Of a DNA stretch of 64,000 nucleotides, positions 37,419 to 47,204 are shown in pieces. This DNA is from an uncultured delta proteobacterium (lineage in GTDB: Bacteria > Desulfobacterota > Binatia > Binatales > Binataceae): assembly GCA_963724765.1 (NCBI GenBank), contig CAVRVY010000004.1, positions 1,440,001 to 1,504,000 on the forward strand. The letters run 5' to 3'. A model generated the notes under the pieces. That model was not told the DNA's origin and did no database searches. It saw only the letters and a program-made list of their open reading frames with translations. Numbering within the stretch: the stretch's first letter is position 1; every line of letters starts with the position of its first letter. A program made the translations under genes and the position numbers.

Positions 37419-39452
37419 GTGAGCGCCACGATCCGCACCATGTGTCCCATGAATTGCTTTCCCACGTTGTGCGGGATGCTGGCCGAGGTTGAGGACGGAC
37501 AGCTCGTCGGCGTCCACGGCGACCCGGACAACCCGGACAGCCGCGGCTTCTTGTGTATCCGCGGTCAGGCCTCGCGCGAGATCATTGGCAACCCGCGCCG
37601 CCTGCTGATGCCGCTCCTGCGCGCGCGACGTGGCAACGAGTTGCGCCGCGCCTCGTGGGACGAGGCGCTGGATCTCATCGCCACGCGGATGCGCACGGCG
37701 GGGCGCGAGGCCGTCGGCACCTGGGCGGGGCATGGGCTTTTCGCCAACAACTATGGCACTCGCGTCGGATCGCATCTGGTGCGCCGCTTCTCGAACCTCT
37801 ACGGCTGTCAGTGGTGGAACCCGACGATGATTTGCTGGGGCCTCGGCGCCTTCGGCCTGGGCCTCACCGGCATCCTCGAGACCAACACCAAGGAGGACAT
37901 GGGCGCGCACGCAGCACTGATCCTGCTCTGGGGCGCAAACCTCGCGAGCCAGCCGAACACGGCGCGCCACCTCGTGTCCGCCAGGCGGCGCGGCGCGCAC
38001 GTCGTCACGATCGACGTGCGCCGCACCGAAGCGGCGGTGCAGTCCGACGAGACGCTCGTGATCCGTCCCGGGACCGACGCCGCGCTCGCGCTCGGCATGA
38101 TGCACGTCGTCGTCCGCGAGCGGCTGTATGACGCGGAGTTCGTGGCCCGCAACACCGTCGGTTTCGACGCGCTCGCGGCGCACCTCGAAGAGCACTCGCC
38201 ACAGTGGGCTGCCGGCATCACCGGTATCGCGACCGAGCGGATCACCGCCCTCGCACGGCGCTATGCGACGACGAAGCCGGCGATGCTCGTCCTCGGCGGC
38301 AGCTCTATGCACAAGGGCAGCAACGGCTGGCAGGGGGCGCGCGCTATTGGATGCCTTCCCGCGCTCACTGGCAACGTCGGCGTGCCTGGCGGCGGCTTCG
38401 GCCCGCGTCACGGCAGCGCCGTGCATGGCCAGGCGCTCAACAACGATCTGCTCGCGCTCGACCGGCGCCCGGCCGGACGGTACAGCCCGAACCAGATGCC
38501 GCGCATCACCGAAGCTTTGCTCGACGGCGACGTGCGCGTGCTCCTGCTGTTCGGCACCGACATGCTGTCGTCCTACGCTGACGCCGGAAGCCTGGCTGAA
38601 GGGCTGGCGCGCACCGACCTCGTGGTAAGTTACGACCTCTTCATGAACGATACCGCGCGGCGCTTCGCCGACGTCGTCCTGCCGGCCACGGCATGGCTGG
38701 AGGAGCTGGGCTGCAAGAGTACCAACACGCACCTGTACCTGATGCCGAAGGTGTTGGAGGCCGCCGGTGAAACACGGCCTATCGGGTGGGTGCTGAGCGA
38801 GCTGGCGCAGCGGCTGGGAGTGGCGGACTTCTATCCGTGGAAGAACGCGGAGGGACCGATCGACGCTATCCTCGATCATCCGGCGACCGGCCACGCGACG
38901 GTGGCAGCGCTGCGGGCTGAAGGCGGCATCCGCGCGCTGAACATTTCGCACGTGGCCCATCCCGATCTGCGCTTCCCGACGCCGTCCGGCAAAATCGAAC
39001 TGTACTCGGAGCGCGCGAAGGAGCTGGGGCTGCCGGCGCTGCCAGTGCATGAAGAGCACGAAAATCTTGCGGCGCAAGGCTACCCGCTCAGGTTCCGCCA
39101 GGGCCGCACGCTGACGCAATTCCACGGCTTCTATGATCACGGCCGCGCGCTGCCGACGCTCGCCGCCGCGGACCCGGAGCCCTTGTTGTGGATCTCGCGA
39201 GACGACGCGGCCGAGCGCGGCGTGAAGGACGGCGATGCAATCCGCGTTTACAACCAGCGCGGCGAGATGCAGGCGCGCGCGTGCGTGACCGACGATGTCC
39301 CGCCGGGCACCGTCTGGATGCGCGACGGATGGCTCGGACTCAACACGCTCACCGACGGCGCTGCGGTGATCCCTGATGAAGCGGTCGATGTCTTCGGCTT
39401 CTCTGGCGGTCAGGCGAGCTTCGACGCCGGCGTAGAGGTCGCGCCGCGCTAG
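37419..39452 (+). CDS. Molybdopterin (bis-MGD, DMSO reductase superfamily) oxidoreductase with an N-terminal Fe-S motif
   Basis: CPMNCFPTLC...LCIRG, RPGTDAALALG, ADVVLPA, TPSGKIEL; probable Cys Mo ligand in TMICWG. Confidence 0.88.
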   Translation: MSATIRTMCPMNCFPTLCGMLAEVEDGQLVGVHGDPDNPDSRGFLCIRGQASREIIGNPRRLLMPLLRARRGNELRRASWDEALDLIATRMRTAGREAVGTWAGHGLFANNYGTRVGSHLVRRFSNLYGCQWWNPTMICWGLGAFGLGLTGILETNTKEDMGAHAALILLWGANLASQPNTARHLVSARRRGAHVVTIDVRRTEAAVQSDETLVIRPGTDAALALGMMHVVVRERLYDAEFVARNTVGFDALAAHLEEHSPQWAAGITGIATERITALARRYATTKPAMLVLGGSSMHKGSNGWQGARAIGCLPALTGNVGVPGGGFGPRHGSAVHGQALNNDLLALDRRPAGRYSPNQMPRITEALLDGDVRVLLLFGTDMLSSYADAGSLAEGLARTDLVVSYDLFMNDTARRFADVVLPATAWLEELGCKSTNTHLYLMPKVLEAAGETRPIGWVLSELAQRLGVADFYPWKNAEGPIDAILDHPATGHATVAALRAEGGIRALNISHVAHPDLRFPTPSGKIELYSERAKELGLPALPVHEEHENLAAQGYPLRFRQGRTLTQFHGFYDHGRALPTLAAADPEPLLWISRDDAAERGVKDGDAIRVYNQRGEMQARACVTDDVPPGTVWMRDGWLGLNTLTDGAAVIPDEAVDVFGFSGGQASFDAGVEVAPR

Positions 39453-39492
39453 CGTTGTCGCGGTATACCCGTCGCGGGCGTGGCGCTGCAGC

Positions 39493-39867
39493 TCAGATCC
39501 AACTGCCGAGCGCGATACCCGCGATCGCGGCGACGCCACCGGTCACCACACTTCCAATCAGGTAGACCGCTCCCAGCAGCATTTCACCATCCTGAACCAG
39601 CCGAACAGATTCATACTCAAAGGTCGAAAAGGTCGTATAGCCGCCGACCACGCCAACCGCAAAGAAGAGTCGCCAATAGGGACTCAACGAAACGCGCTCC
39701 TGCGCGTAGGCAAGAAAGAGCCCGATGATAAAGCTGCCCGTCACATTGATCGCAAACGTTCCGTATGGAAACGCGGCGCCAAACCGGGCTGCAAACCATC
39801 CGCCCAGCAGATAGCGAGTAGCCGAACCGATGGCCCCGCCTAGCGCGACGAGCAATACTCCCAGCAC
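39493..39867 (-). CDS. crcB: Fluoride channel Fluc/CrcB
   Basis: GGAIGSATRY, FPYGTFAINVTGSF, GGYTTFSTF. Confidence 0.95.
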   Translation of the reverse strand: MLGVLLVALGGAIGSATRYLLGGWFAARFGAAFPYGTFAINVTGSFIIGLFLAYAQERVSLSPYWRLFFAVGVVGGYTTFSTFEYESVRLVQDGEMLLGAVYLIGSVVTGGVAAIAGIALGSWI

Positions 39868-39893
39868 TCTTTAAATCCTTCCCTGCTTTTTCG

Positions 39894-41177
39894 TCAGGTC
39901 AGCAGCGCCCGCATCATCTCGGTCCGTCCCACGATCCCCACCAGCTCGCCGTCAGCGTTTATCACGGGCAGCCGCTTGACCCGTTTTTCCGCCGAGAGCG
40001 CCAGCGCGCTGGCGACCGGCATCTTGTCCAGCACGGTGATCACGTCGCGGGTCATAAAATCCTTCGCTGAGCGGGCGCGCAGCTTCTGAATATGCTCGCG
40101 CGACTCACTGCTGACTCTGCCGATTGGGACCTTCGAGATGAGAACCTCAATGATCCCCGGCCAGCTCTCGCGGCTTACCCTGGAGATCAGATCGGAGTCG
40201 GCGATAATCCCGACCACATGTCGCCTGTCATCAAGGACCACCACGCGCTTGTGCGACGACGATAACAGCAGTTCGAAGATTTCCTCGACGGTGGCTGAAT
40301 CGTGTACGGTTGGAACCTCGCGCGTCATCACGTCGGAGACTGTCGCCTGCTCACCGGCGGGATGTGCCGCGGGATGCCATTGGGGCAGATGGACGGCCGC
40401 GATGGTATTTAAAATGTCCAGTCGGCCCAGGATACCCATTAGCTTTCCATCGCTATCCACCACCGGCAGGCGTTTGAGATGTTTTTCGACCATCAGCCTG
40501 GCAGCCCGGGCAATAATGGCGTCCGGACCAATCGTCACCACTTCACGCGTCATCACCTCCGACACTTTGTGGTCGGGGTTCTCGAGCGACTCGTGAAGCC
40601 CGCGCACGTAGTCCAAATCGGTCGCCTTTTTCAAACTGATCGTGACGGTCATCCCGCCGCGCGTCAGCAGGTCATTGTCACTGACCATTCCGATGACTTT
40701 GCCCTGGTCGTCGAGTACGGGCACCGCGGTGAAGCCCTTGTCCAACAGCAGTTCAACGACCTTGGTGATTGGGCTGTCGGAATGCACCGTGGCGACTTCC
40801 CGGTGCATTACCTCTGAAACCTTCACGTCGGGCAGGCCTTCCTTGAAGGGCGCTCCGGATTGGACAACTTCCACCTCTTGAACCGTGATGAGCGCGCTCG
40901 GAGCCATTTCGCGCAAGGGGCCGATGATGCAATCGATCCGTTCGGGGCGGTCCACGACGATGATCACGACCGGGAGATCCATCGACAGTCGAAGGATCGC
41001 GGCAGTGTGAATCAGCGACGACAAGCCAAACCCTGCAACGCCGCGGACGACCGTGGCGCCGCTGCATCCCTCGCGCCGAAGCATTTCCATGATCGCCATG
41101 TACAGTGCCTGGTGATGGTATTTCTCGGTTTCGCTGATGAAGATGGTGAGTTCTTTGCCCCTTCCCGTGAACATCAT
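39894..41177 (-). CDS. DUF190 (PII-like) domain fused to four CBS domains
   Basis: LTIFISE...GATVVRGVAGFG..IHTA..LRLSMDLP, then four repeats of the V(S)xVMxR(E/D)V type. Confidence 0.85.
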   Translation of the reverse strand: MMFTGRGKELTIFISETEKYHHQALYMAIMEMLRREGCSGATVVRGVAGFGLSSLIHTAAILRLSMDLPVVIIVVDRPERIDCIIGPLREMAPSALITVQEVEVVQSGAPFKEGLPDVKVSEVMHREVATVHSDSPITKVVELLLDKGFTAVPVLDDQGKVIGMVSDNDLLTRGGMTVTISLKKATDLDYVRGLHESLENPDHKVSEVMTREVVTIGPDAIIARAARLMVEKHLKRLPVVDSDGKLMGILGRLDILNTIAAVHLPQWHPAAHPAGEQATVSDVMTREVPTVHDSATVEEIFELLLSSSHKRVVVLDDRRHVVGIIADSDLISRVSRESWPGIIEVLISKVPIGRVSSESREHIQKLRARSAKDFMTRDVITVLDKMPVASALALSAEKRVKRLPVINADGELVGIVGRTEMMRALLT

Positions 41178-41300
41178 AACCGACCTCCGGGCTCAGACTT
41201 TACGCGGGTGCAAACCTGCGCATCGTTCATCCGAAAGTCTACCAGATGCTGGATGTTGCGAATCAAAAGGACTCTGTCCCTTCCGGCAGAGTCCTTTCGC

Positions 41301-41337
41301 AAAGAAAAGCCCTACCCGTGTCTTACACCAGTAGGGG
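41301..41337 (-). terminator. Riboswitch expression-platform terminator
   Basis: Minus strand CCCTAC-TGGTGT-AAG-ACACGG-GTAGGG-CTTTTCTTT, overlapping the 3' end of the aptamer. Confidence 0.75.
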
Positions 41338-41384
41338 TCATCAGCTCACGCGGAGGAGCGGTTCTCGGTGGAACCCCATCACCG
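41331..41384 (-). ncRNA. Fluoride riboswitch (crcB motif)
   Basis: Minus strand GGTGATGGGGTTCCACCGAGAACCGCTC..GAGCTGATGACCCCTAC fits the known aptamer layout and lies upstream of DUF190-CBS and crcB. Confidence 0.92.
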
Positions 41385-41537
41385 TTTGCGCCCATATCAA
41401 ACGATAGAATGAGCCCGGCAGTCAAGACACTGTTGACATAACGCACTTGGGTTCGGCCGAGATCGACGAGGCTGCCGGTCCATGAGTGTGATCACAATCG
41501 GGCGCGACGTTGGTGTTCAGGAGGCTCGGCCCTGCGG

Positions 41538-42710
41538 TCATTTGGTAATCACGGTCAGCTCGTCGGGAAAGTTGCTGAGTTCTTTCAGGCCGTCCGCCGT
41601 CACCAGGAAATTTCTCTCCCACAGGAAATTTCCTAGCGCAGTGGCCGTGACCCATTCGGGGGCGATGACCATGCCCGGTTCCAACGTGAGGCCTTTGGGT
41701 GAGCGTGTTCCGAACCACGGACGTTCGACCACCTCTGCACCCAGGCAATGCCCCAGGAAGCTGCCTTGCAACAGGTCCCTGACATGATGTTTCTCGAACA
41801 CTGCGGTGGTATCCGATGCGATCTCGGCGAATGGGCGGCCCGGCCGCCACGCTTCCATAGCCTCCTGATAGACATCCTTGAGCTGGGCGTGTGTCTTTAC
41901 CTGATCCATGGTCGCGTCGCCCCAGGCGATAAGAATGTCGAAGTCGCAGGTGTAGCCGTTGTAGGTCGCGCCGGCGTCGAACCATTGCAAGTCTCCCGGC
42001 TGCATCGCACGGCCTGGGATTTGAGCGCCGAAAATGGCGCCGGTTGGATGCGTGGTGGAGAGCACCATACCGATCTCGTTGGCCCCCGCTTCGCGCTGGC
42101 ACGACAGCATCTCGAATATGAGGTCAAATTCGGTCATCTTACGGGAGATTCGCCCGCAGAAGGTCCTGAACGCAGCGTTCTGGATCTCCACTGCCCGGCG
42201 CATGCATGCGATCTCAGCCGGCGTCTTGATCATGCGCAAGCGCCCGAACAGCTTGCTGACATCGCGCACGTCGAAGCCACTCAGTTCGTGGCGCAAAATG
42301 TCGAGCTCCCCCGGACTGACGCCGGAGGGTGAACCGATGTCGACCCCCACTGTTCCGGAGCGAATGCCCCGGCTCTCGAGTATCTGGCGAATCATGCGAG
42401 GCCGATCGGCAGGAGACATCACCGGCCGAATGTCGCCAAAGTGGGTCTCTTGTGCGTACGCCTCAGCAATCGCGGTAAGGCCGGTCAAAGCCGGCTCGCC
42501 GGTCAAAGGAAGGACAACTTTCGGCAGGATCACCTGCTGCGTGTACTCTGGGATTCGTCCAGCCCCGGAACCGCCACGAAAGCCGCTGAGCCAAAATTGA
42601 TTTCCCGGACTGTAACCGACAATCGCCTGAACGCCGGCCTCAACCATGAGCGTGCGGGCCCGTTGGTAACGCCCGTCGAACTCGCTTTTGGGGAAAATTG
42701 GTTCAGCCAT
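41538..42710 (-). CDS. M24 Xaa-Pro peptidase/creatinase-family hydrolase
   Basis: LRMIKTPAEI, DAGATYNGYTCD, GHCLG, APEW, WERN. Confidence 0.85.
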   Translation of the reverse strand: MAEPIFPKSEFDGRYQRARTLMVEAGVQAIVGYSPGNQFWLSGFRGGSGAGRIPEYTQQVILPKVVLPLTGEPALTGLTAIAEAYAQETHFGDIRPVMSPADRPRMIRQILESRGIRSGTVGVDIGSPSGVSPGELDILRHELSGFDVRDVSKLFGRLRMIKTPAEIACMRRAVEIQNAAFRTFCGRISRKMTEFDLIFEMLSCQREAGANEIGMVLSTTHPTGAIFGAQIPGRAMQPGDLQWFDAGATYNGYTCDFDILIAWGDATMDQVKTHAQLKDVYQEAMEAWRPGRPFAEIASDTTAVFEKHHVRDLLQGSFLGHCLGAEVVERPWFGTRSPKGLTLEPGMVIAPEWVTATALGNFLWERNFLVTADGLKELSNFPDELTVITK

Positions 42711-42771
42711 CAGTCGGTACCTTTCCGCCTACCCACCGGCGAGCCTGGGTGAACTGTCGACGAAGCGGCGC

Positions 42772-42890
42772 ACGCATCTGGAGTGGGCGGGCGAGTATGG
42801 CGAGTTGCAGGCCGCGAATCATCGCCTGGCGATCGTGATACCGGTCGCGCTCTGTCTGATCATGGGCGTCCTGTATGCAGCGACACATCC
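42772..42890 (+). pseudogene. Fragment of a CusA/CzcA heavy-metal RND efflux gene
   Basis: HLEWAGEYGELQAANHRLAIVIPVALCLIMGVLY resembles the segment around RND TM8; no rest of the gene is present. Confidence 0.6.
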
Positions 42891-42938
42891 ATCAGCTTTG
42901 GGAGGAAGGTCACTCGCTCGTCGCCGCTCCCCCGCGAT

Positions 42939-44270
42939 TTACTTCAAGCTCAACTCGCTCAAGCACTCACGATCTACGACTGGTACGCGCTTAGCGCCCG
43001 GCGCCAGCTTGAGACTTCCGGGGATGCGCTCAAACGGGTCGAGAAGGCCTATCTCCTTTGCGTGCGCCTTAAGTGTGGGTATTACCTCCTGGGCGAATAA
43101 TCGCATGCTGGTACGGCGATCGTCATCGGCCACCGGCCCCTGGATACTCAGAATAATGAAAATTCCGATGCGCAGTACACTCATAATAGTCTTGATCTTC
43201 GGTATGATGGTCTCTGGCGTGCCGGCGAGCACCTGCATGTTCTGCTGCCCCCGCAGCAGCGCGGCGTGTAGCTTGCGGCGAATCTCAGCGTAATCGATCG
43301 GCCCGGCATCGGCGCCATGCATTTGCTCTCTTACTTTCTCGCCGCTAATACCTAACCACGCACTGGTCTGTTGTTTGGCGAGTATCCGGATTGCGGCCTT
43401 GGAGTTGTATCCCGGCGGCATCGTATACTGCGGTGCGGAAAAGGCATTCTGGCCGCCGCCATATACGAACCCTTCCGCCAGCGCTTGGGCTTTTTCCTCG
43501 GTTTCGGCCAGCACGGTCGCAACCATATAGCCGAAGTTCTCGGGACCTGCCTGGTAGCCATGTTTGGCGGCCTCGTCAGCGTAGAAGTCCCACAGGTCAC
43601 AGGTTGGCGCCAGCGGTGTGCCGAGACCTATGTATGGATAACGATGCTCGGCGCACCATTGCACGGTTTCGGGACTGAGCGTGCCCGGAATCCACATCGG
43701 TGGGTACGGCTTCTGGTACGGCAGCGCCCATGGATTCACGTGGCGGTAATGGAAATGCCTGCCCTCGTAGCGCCAGGGGCCGGGTCTTGTCCAGGCCTGC
43801 ACGATGAAGTCGTGCGCCTCGTTGAACATCTCACGATTGTAAGCAGGATTGGCGTTGTTGAAGAACTGCTCACTGCCTGCGCCACGCACCCATCCGGTGA
43901 CCAGGCGACCGCGCGAGATTAAATCGATCTCGGCCAGTTCCTCAGCCATCCGCAACGGATGTTTGATTACCGGCAACGGGTTGCCGATTAAAACGAGGCG
44001 CACCCGTTTGGTTCGATAGGCGAGCACGGCGGCCTCGACATTCATCACCGACCCCATGCATATTGGGTTGCCGTGATGCTCGTTGAGCGCGACTGCGTCG
44101 AAGCCAAGGTCCTCGGCGTAGCAGTTTTCGTCGAGATAGTAATGGTAATCGTCAGCCGCCTTTTCGCGGTCGTATAACCTATTGGAGACGGCGAAAAACC
44201 CGCCGTTTTTGAGAATCTCTTCTTCCGGCAGCCATCGATACGGACGTTCGGTAAAATAGCCTACCTGCAT
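42939..44270 (-). CDS. LLM-class flavin-dependent oxidoreductase
   Basis: AEDLGFDAVALNEHH, HPLRMAEELAEIDLISRGRL, PYQKPYPPMWIPG. Confidence 0.88.
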   Translation of the reverse strand: MQVGYFTERPYRWLPEEEILKNGGFFAVSNRLYDREKAADDYHYYLDENCYAEDLGFDAVALNEHHGNPICMGSVMNVEAAVLAYRTKRVRLVLIGNPLPVIKHPLRMAEELAEIDLISRGRLVTGWVRGAGSEQFFNNANPAYNREMFNEAHDFIVQAWTRPGPWRYEGRHFHYRHVNPWALPYQKPYPPMWIPGTLSPETVQWCAEHRYPYIGLGTPLAPTCDLWDFYADEAAKHGYQAGPENFGYMVATVLAETEEKAQALAEGFVYGGGQNAFSAPQYTMPPGYNSKAAIRILAKQQTSAWLGISGEKVREQMHGADAGPIDYAEIRRKLHAALLRGQQNMQVLAGTPETIIPKIKTIMSVLRIGIFIILSIQGPVADDDRRTSMRLFAQEVIPTLKAHAKEIGLLDPFERIPGSLKLAPGAKRVPVVDRECLSELSLK

Positions 44271-44313
44271 CCACGCACTCCTTTGCGAATCGTCCCGTGT
44301 GATCTTCCCCGGC

Positions 44314-45099
44314 TCACGCCGCGAGAAATTTGCGCACTATGCGATCGAATTCCGCCGGGTTTTCCATCTCCGGGCGATGTCCCACGCCTTCGACCAGCGC
44401 AACCTGCGCGCCCTCGATCGCCGCGTGATAGGCCTCGATACACCCGCGCGGCACGATTCGGTCGCGCGTGCCCCACATGAGTAGGGTGGGGATTTTCAGC
44501 CCGCGTAGCAGGTAGGGCAAGCTGGGATTGTGCATGAACGGCTCCCAGCCTATTCGAGCGGTCTCCGAACGTGCGTCCTCGAACGCCTCGAACTGCTCGG
44601 GCGTCATGTGTGCACCGTAGGTCGTCGTAAACTCTGGAGTGTCCGCGGCCTCGGCGACTGTGGCGAGCAGGTGGTTGCGAACCGTCAACGCAAAAATATC
44701 CAGAATCTCGCCGTCCACCGGCTTTATTCCCATCGGCGCGACCAGCACCATCCGCGAAAAAATCTGCGGATCGGCAGCCGCCATCTCCGCTGCGATAAAT
44801 CCGCCCGCCGAGAAGCCAATCACGTCGATTGGCGCGGCACCCAATTCGCGGATGATTTGCGAGTATAAGCCCGCCAGGTCACGATAGCTGCGGATCCAAT
44901 CTATGCGCTCGGTGCGGCCGAATCCGGGCTGGAGCGGAATTATCAGCGCGCGCTCCTGCGCGACGCGCTCATTCCACGAAAGCCAGCCCGGATAGCCGAG
45001 CTCGTCGTGTAGAATGAGCATCGATTCGCCGGCGCCGCCGCGAATCACAGCGATTTCCGCGCCCGCTGCGCGGACGATTTTCTCGGTCGGGGTCGTCAC
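44314..45099 (-). CDS. Alpha/beta hydrolase
   Basis: PGFG, GFSAGG nucleophile elbow, WGTRD, GHRPEME; GAGGAGG RBS. Confidence 0.87.
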   Translation of the reverse strand: MTTPTEKIVRAAGAEIAVIRGGAGESMLILHDELGYPGWLSWNERVAQERALIIPLQPGFGRTERIDWIRSYRDLAGLYSQIIRELGAAPIDVIGFSAGGFIAAEMAAADPQIFSRMVLVAPMGIKPVDGEILDIFALTVRNHLLATVAEAADTPEFTTTYGAHMTPEQFEAFEDARSETARIGWEPFMHNPSLPYLLRGLKIPTLLMWGTRDRIVPRGCIEAYHAAIEGAQVALVEGVGHRPEMENPAEFDRIVRKFLAA

Positions 45100-45383
45100 G
45101 ATTTCCTCCTCGGGCTCCTTCGCGCAAGCGCAATCCTTTATCGCGATTGCGGCCGCCGCGTGTCGGCGTATCGTCAGCTTGTTCGCAGCGGACGCGGTCT
45201 CGGATGCCCGGGTACAATTTCTGCACGCCGAAGAATCTCTCGCAGGAATCGATCACCACTGTCAAATACACCATGAGGTTTTCGATAGGCACAAAATCGC
45301 CGCGCGATAGGAATCAGAACCGGTTTGGTCCGGTCGGTTACCTTCCGCTGGCAGATTGATCAGACCGAAGTCAAAAATCGGCA

Positions 45384-46223
45384 TCAGGGGCTAGGTGCGT
45401 TGTCGCGATCTTCGCCGTTATCCGTATCGGCCGCGCCCGAATCGCTCGTATCGGTGTCCGTAGAGCTCGCGCTGGACGCGCTCGGGCCGGCCTCGGGGCG
45501 CGCTGGACCGGCGTCAGCAGCCGCACCAGCGGGATTGATGTAGCGGGCGGTATAGGCTGCGTGCAAATTCGCCTCTGCCGCTTGTGCGGCGGCCGAGGTC
45601 GGGTAGGGCCCGACCTGCAGCCGATACCAGGTTTGACCGTCAATCTGGCTCTGTACGATACGTGAGGTGTAGCCGACGGCGAGCAGTCGCGACGCCATCC
45701 GCTCCGCCGCTGCGGGGTCCATCGCGGCGTCGATCACGATTTTGTATCCGCGATGGCGAGTCGCGGCGCGCGGCGGCGGAGCCCTGACCGCGCCGTGCTC
45801 TACGTCGGTGCCTGTTTCATCGCCGGGAGCTGCAGAATCGTCCCGCCCTCCGGCGGTCGTCGGCCGACGTGCCGGCGGGACGCTCGCCAGGGCCAGATGC
45901 GGCGGGGCCTTGTACTCTTGCGCCGGCTTGGCCCGCGCCGCGGGCGATATGTTCTCGGAGGCGACCGCGGCTTGCAAGGGCGACTTTGGCGTTGCGGCAG
46001 CGACCGGAGCGGCCGGCGGCTGGGCCAGTTCATCGGCTTGCGACGGCGTAGCGGCGCCCGCACCGTTGGGCATCGGATAGATACTTACGTGCTGGCTTTG
46101 CCCCTGTTCGCTCTGCGCAATCTTGCGCTCGGAAATCATTCCCAGCAAGAACACCGCGCCCGACAGGACCAGCAATCCGACCAGGACGACAAATCCGCCA
46201 CCTCGTCCGATTTCAAAACGCAT
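45384..46223 (-). CDS. Membrane-anchored SPOR-domain protein
   Basis: N-terminal TM helix, Pro/Ala linker, WYRLQVGPYPT..AA. Confidence 0.8.
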   Translation of the reverse strand: MRFEIGRGGGFVVLVGLLVLSGAVFLLGMISERKIAQSEQGQSQHVSIYPMPNGAGAATPSQADELAQPPAAPVAAATPKSPLQAAVASENISPAARAKPAQEYKAPPHLALASVPPARRPTTAGGRDDSAAPGDETGTDVEHGAVRAPPPRAATRHRGYKIVIDAAMDPAAAERMASRLLAVGYTSRIVQSQIDGQTWYRLQVGPYPTSAAAQAAEANLHAAYTARYINPAGAAADAGPARPEAGPSASSASSTDTDTSDSGAADTDNGEDRDNAPSP

Positions 46224-46276
46224 GTGTCTTTACTCGCCATCCCGGATCTTTGCGGCGGCTCTGTACACAAACTGTT

Positions 46277-46675
46277 TCAGTTGGAAGCTTCCGTTTTGAA
46301 ATCACTGGACCGTGGGCGATGCGCGGACGTAAATCGTTTCAAGCGACCGCTATGATTTTGGATGCCGGAGCGCAGGCGACCGGCGTTGATGCTTAAGGCC
46401 TCGCACACACTGACGAAGGCAAACGGGCCTGATTCCTCGTCGGAGCTCAGCCATTCGGCAGCCTCAAGGAACGCCGGGCTGTTGTCGAAAGCAGTTTCGC
46501 CACCATCGCGAAGATAACATCGAATTGCGTCTTCGAGCACTGCGAACAAGAGCCTTCGTTCGCCTTCCGAAATGAGGTTCTTCCGGCGCGTGTCGTTGTA
46601 TTGTGTCGGCAGAATGCCGATTTCATGAAAAATACTGGGCAGGTCGTCCGCCGCGGCATATGTGTCCATCGCCAT
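46277..46675 (-). CDS. Hypothetical protein (ERRLLFAVLEDA...W..S...PFAF..VCEAL)
   Basis: GAGGAG RBS, globular-looking 132-aa ORF, sigma54 site upstream. Confidence 0.7.
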   Translation of the reverse strand: MAMDTYAAADDLPSIFHEIGILPTQYNDTRRKNLISEGERRLLFAVLEDAIRCYLRDGGETAFDNSPAFLEAAEWLSSDEESGPFAFVSVCEALSINAGRLRSGIQNHSGRLKRFTSAHRPRSSDFKTEASN

Positions 46676-46762
46676 GATGGCTCTCCTCGTTGATTTGACT
46701 TTTTTAATGGCTTTTCATGCGGTGAGAGCAAACATTCGTCAAGGCAACTCGACCAAACGCAA

Positions 46763-46778
46763 AGCATTCCGCATGCCA
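46763..46778 (-). promoter_or_regulatory. Sigma54 -24/-12 promoter
   Basis: Minus strand TGGCATG-CGGA-ATGCT. Confidence 0.6.
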
Positions 46779-47063
46779 TCGTGGCGATCCATTGAAGTCT
46801 GAGTGAACTACGACTGCTTTTTACGGGTCGAATTTGGAAATTCTACGCTCAGCTCCCATTTTTGCAAAAATGTCAAGCAAATTATTTCGGCAGATTGTAA
46901 ACGCCGCCGAGATGACGTCGCCTGGTTTAGTGAACATGCCGTCGAAACCGCCCGTGACCAGCGAGGCCTTCACCGCGACCCCTCTACGCAATCCGTCAAA
47001 AAATCGTCGGCAAGCTGCGTTAGAATCCGGCTTTTTTAGGCAAGAAATTCAGGAATGTTTATC

Positions 47064-47079
47064 GGGCACAGTCATTGCG
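47064..47079 (+). promoter_or_regulatory. Sigma54 -24/-12 promoter
   Basis: GGGCACA-GTCA-TTGCG upstream of the secreted-protein pair. Confidence 0.6.
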
Positions 47080-47204
47080 TGGCTCTGGCAGCGTCGCCGT
47101 GCCATGGCGACTAAAAGGGCAGATTAGTAAAGGAGGGGCGATATAGGGACAAAGACTTTGCCAATAACGAATCTCAAGCAGAACTTTTGCCGGGAGGAGT
47201 AACG

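Noticed and set aside
37383-39539. 718-aa ORF on the minus strand
   Set aside because: It is the antisense of the molybdoenzyme gene, explained by codon bias.
41253-41290. c-di-GMP-I riboswitch-like GGAA/GGGAC hairpin
   Set aside because: It lacks the GCAAA elements and P3 receptor; kept only as an unassigned hairpin.
44969-45359. Short ORFs upstream of the alpha/beta hydrolase
   Set aside because: No motifs or clear RBS; the region contains TTGACA on the minus strand and looks like a promoter/leader.
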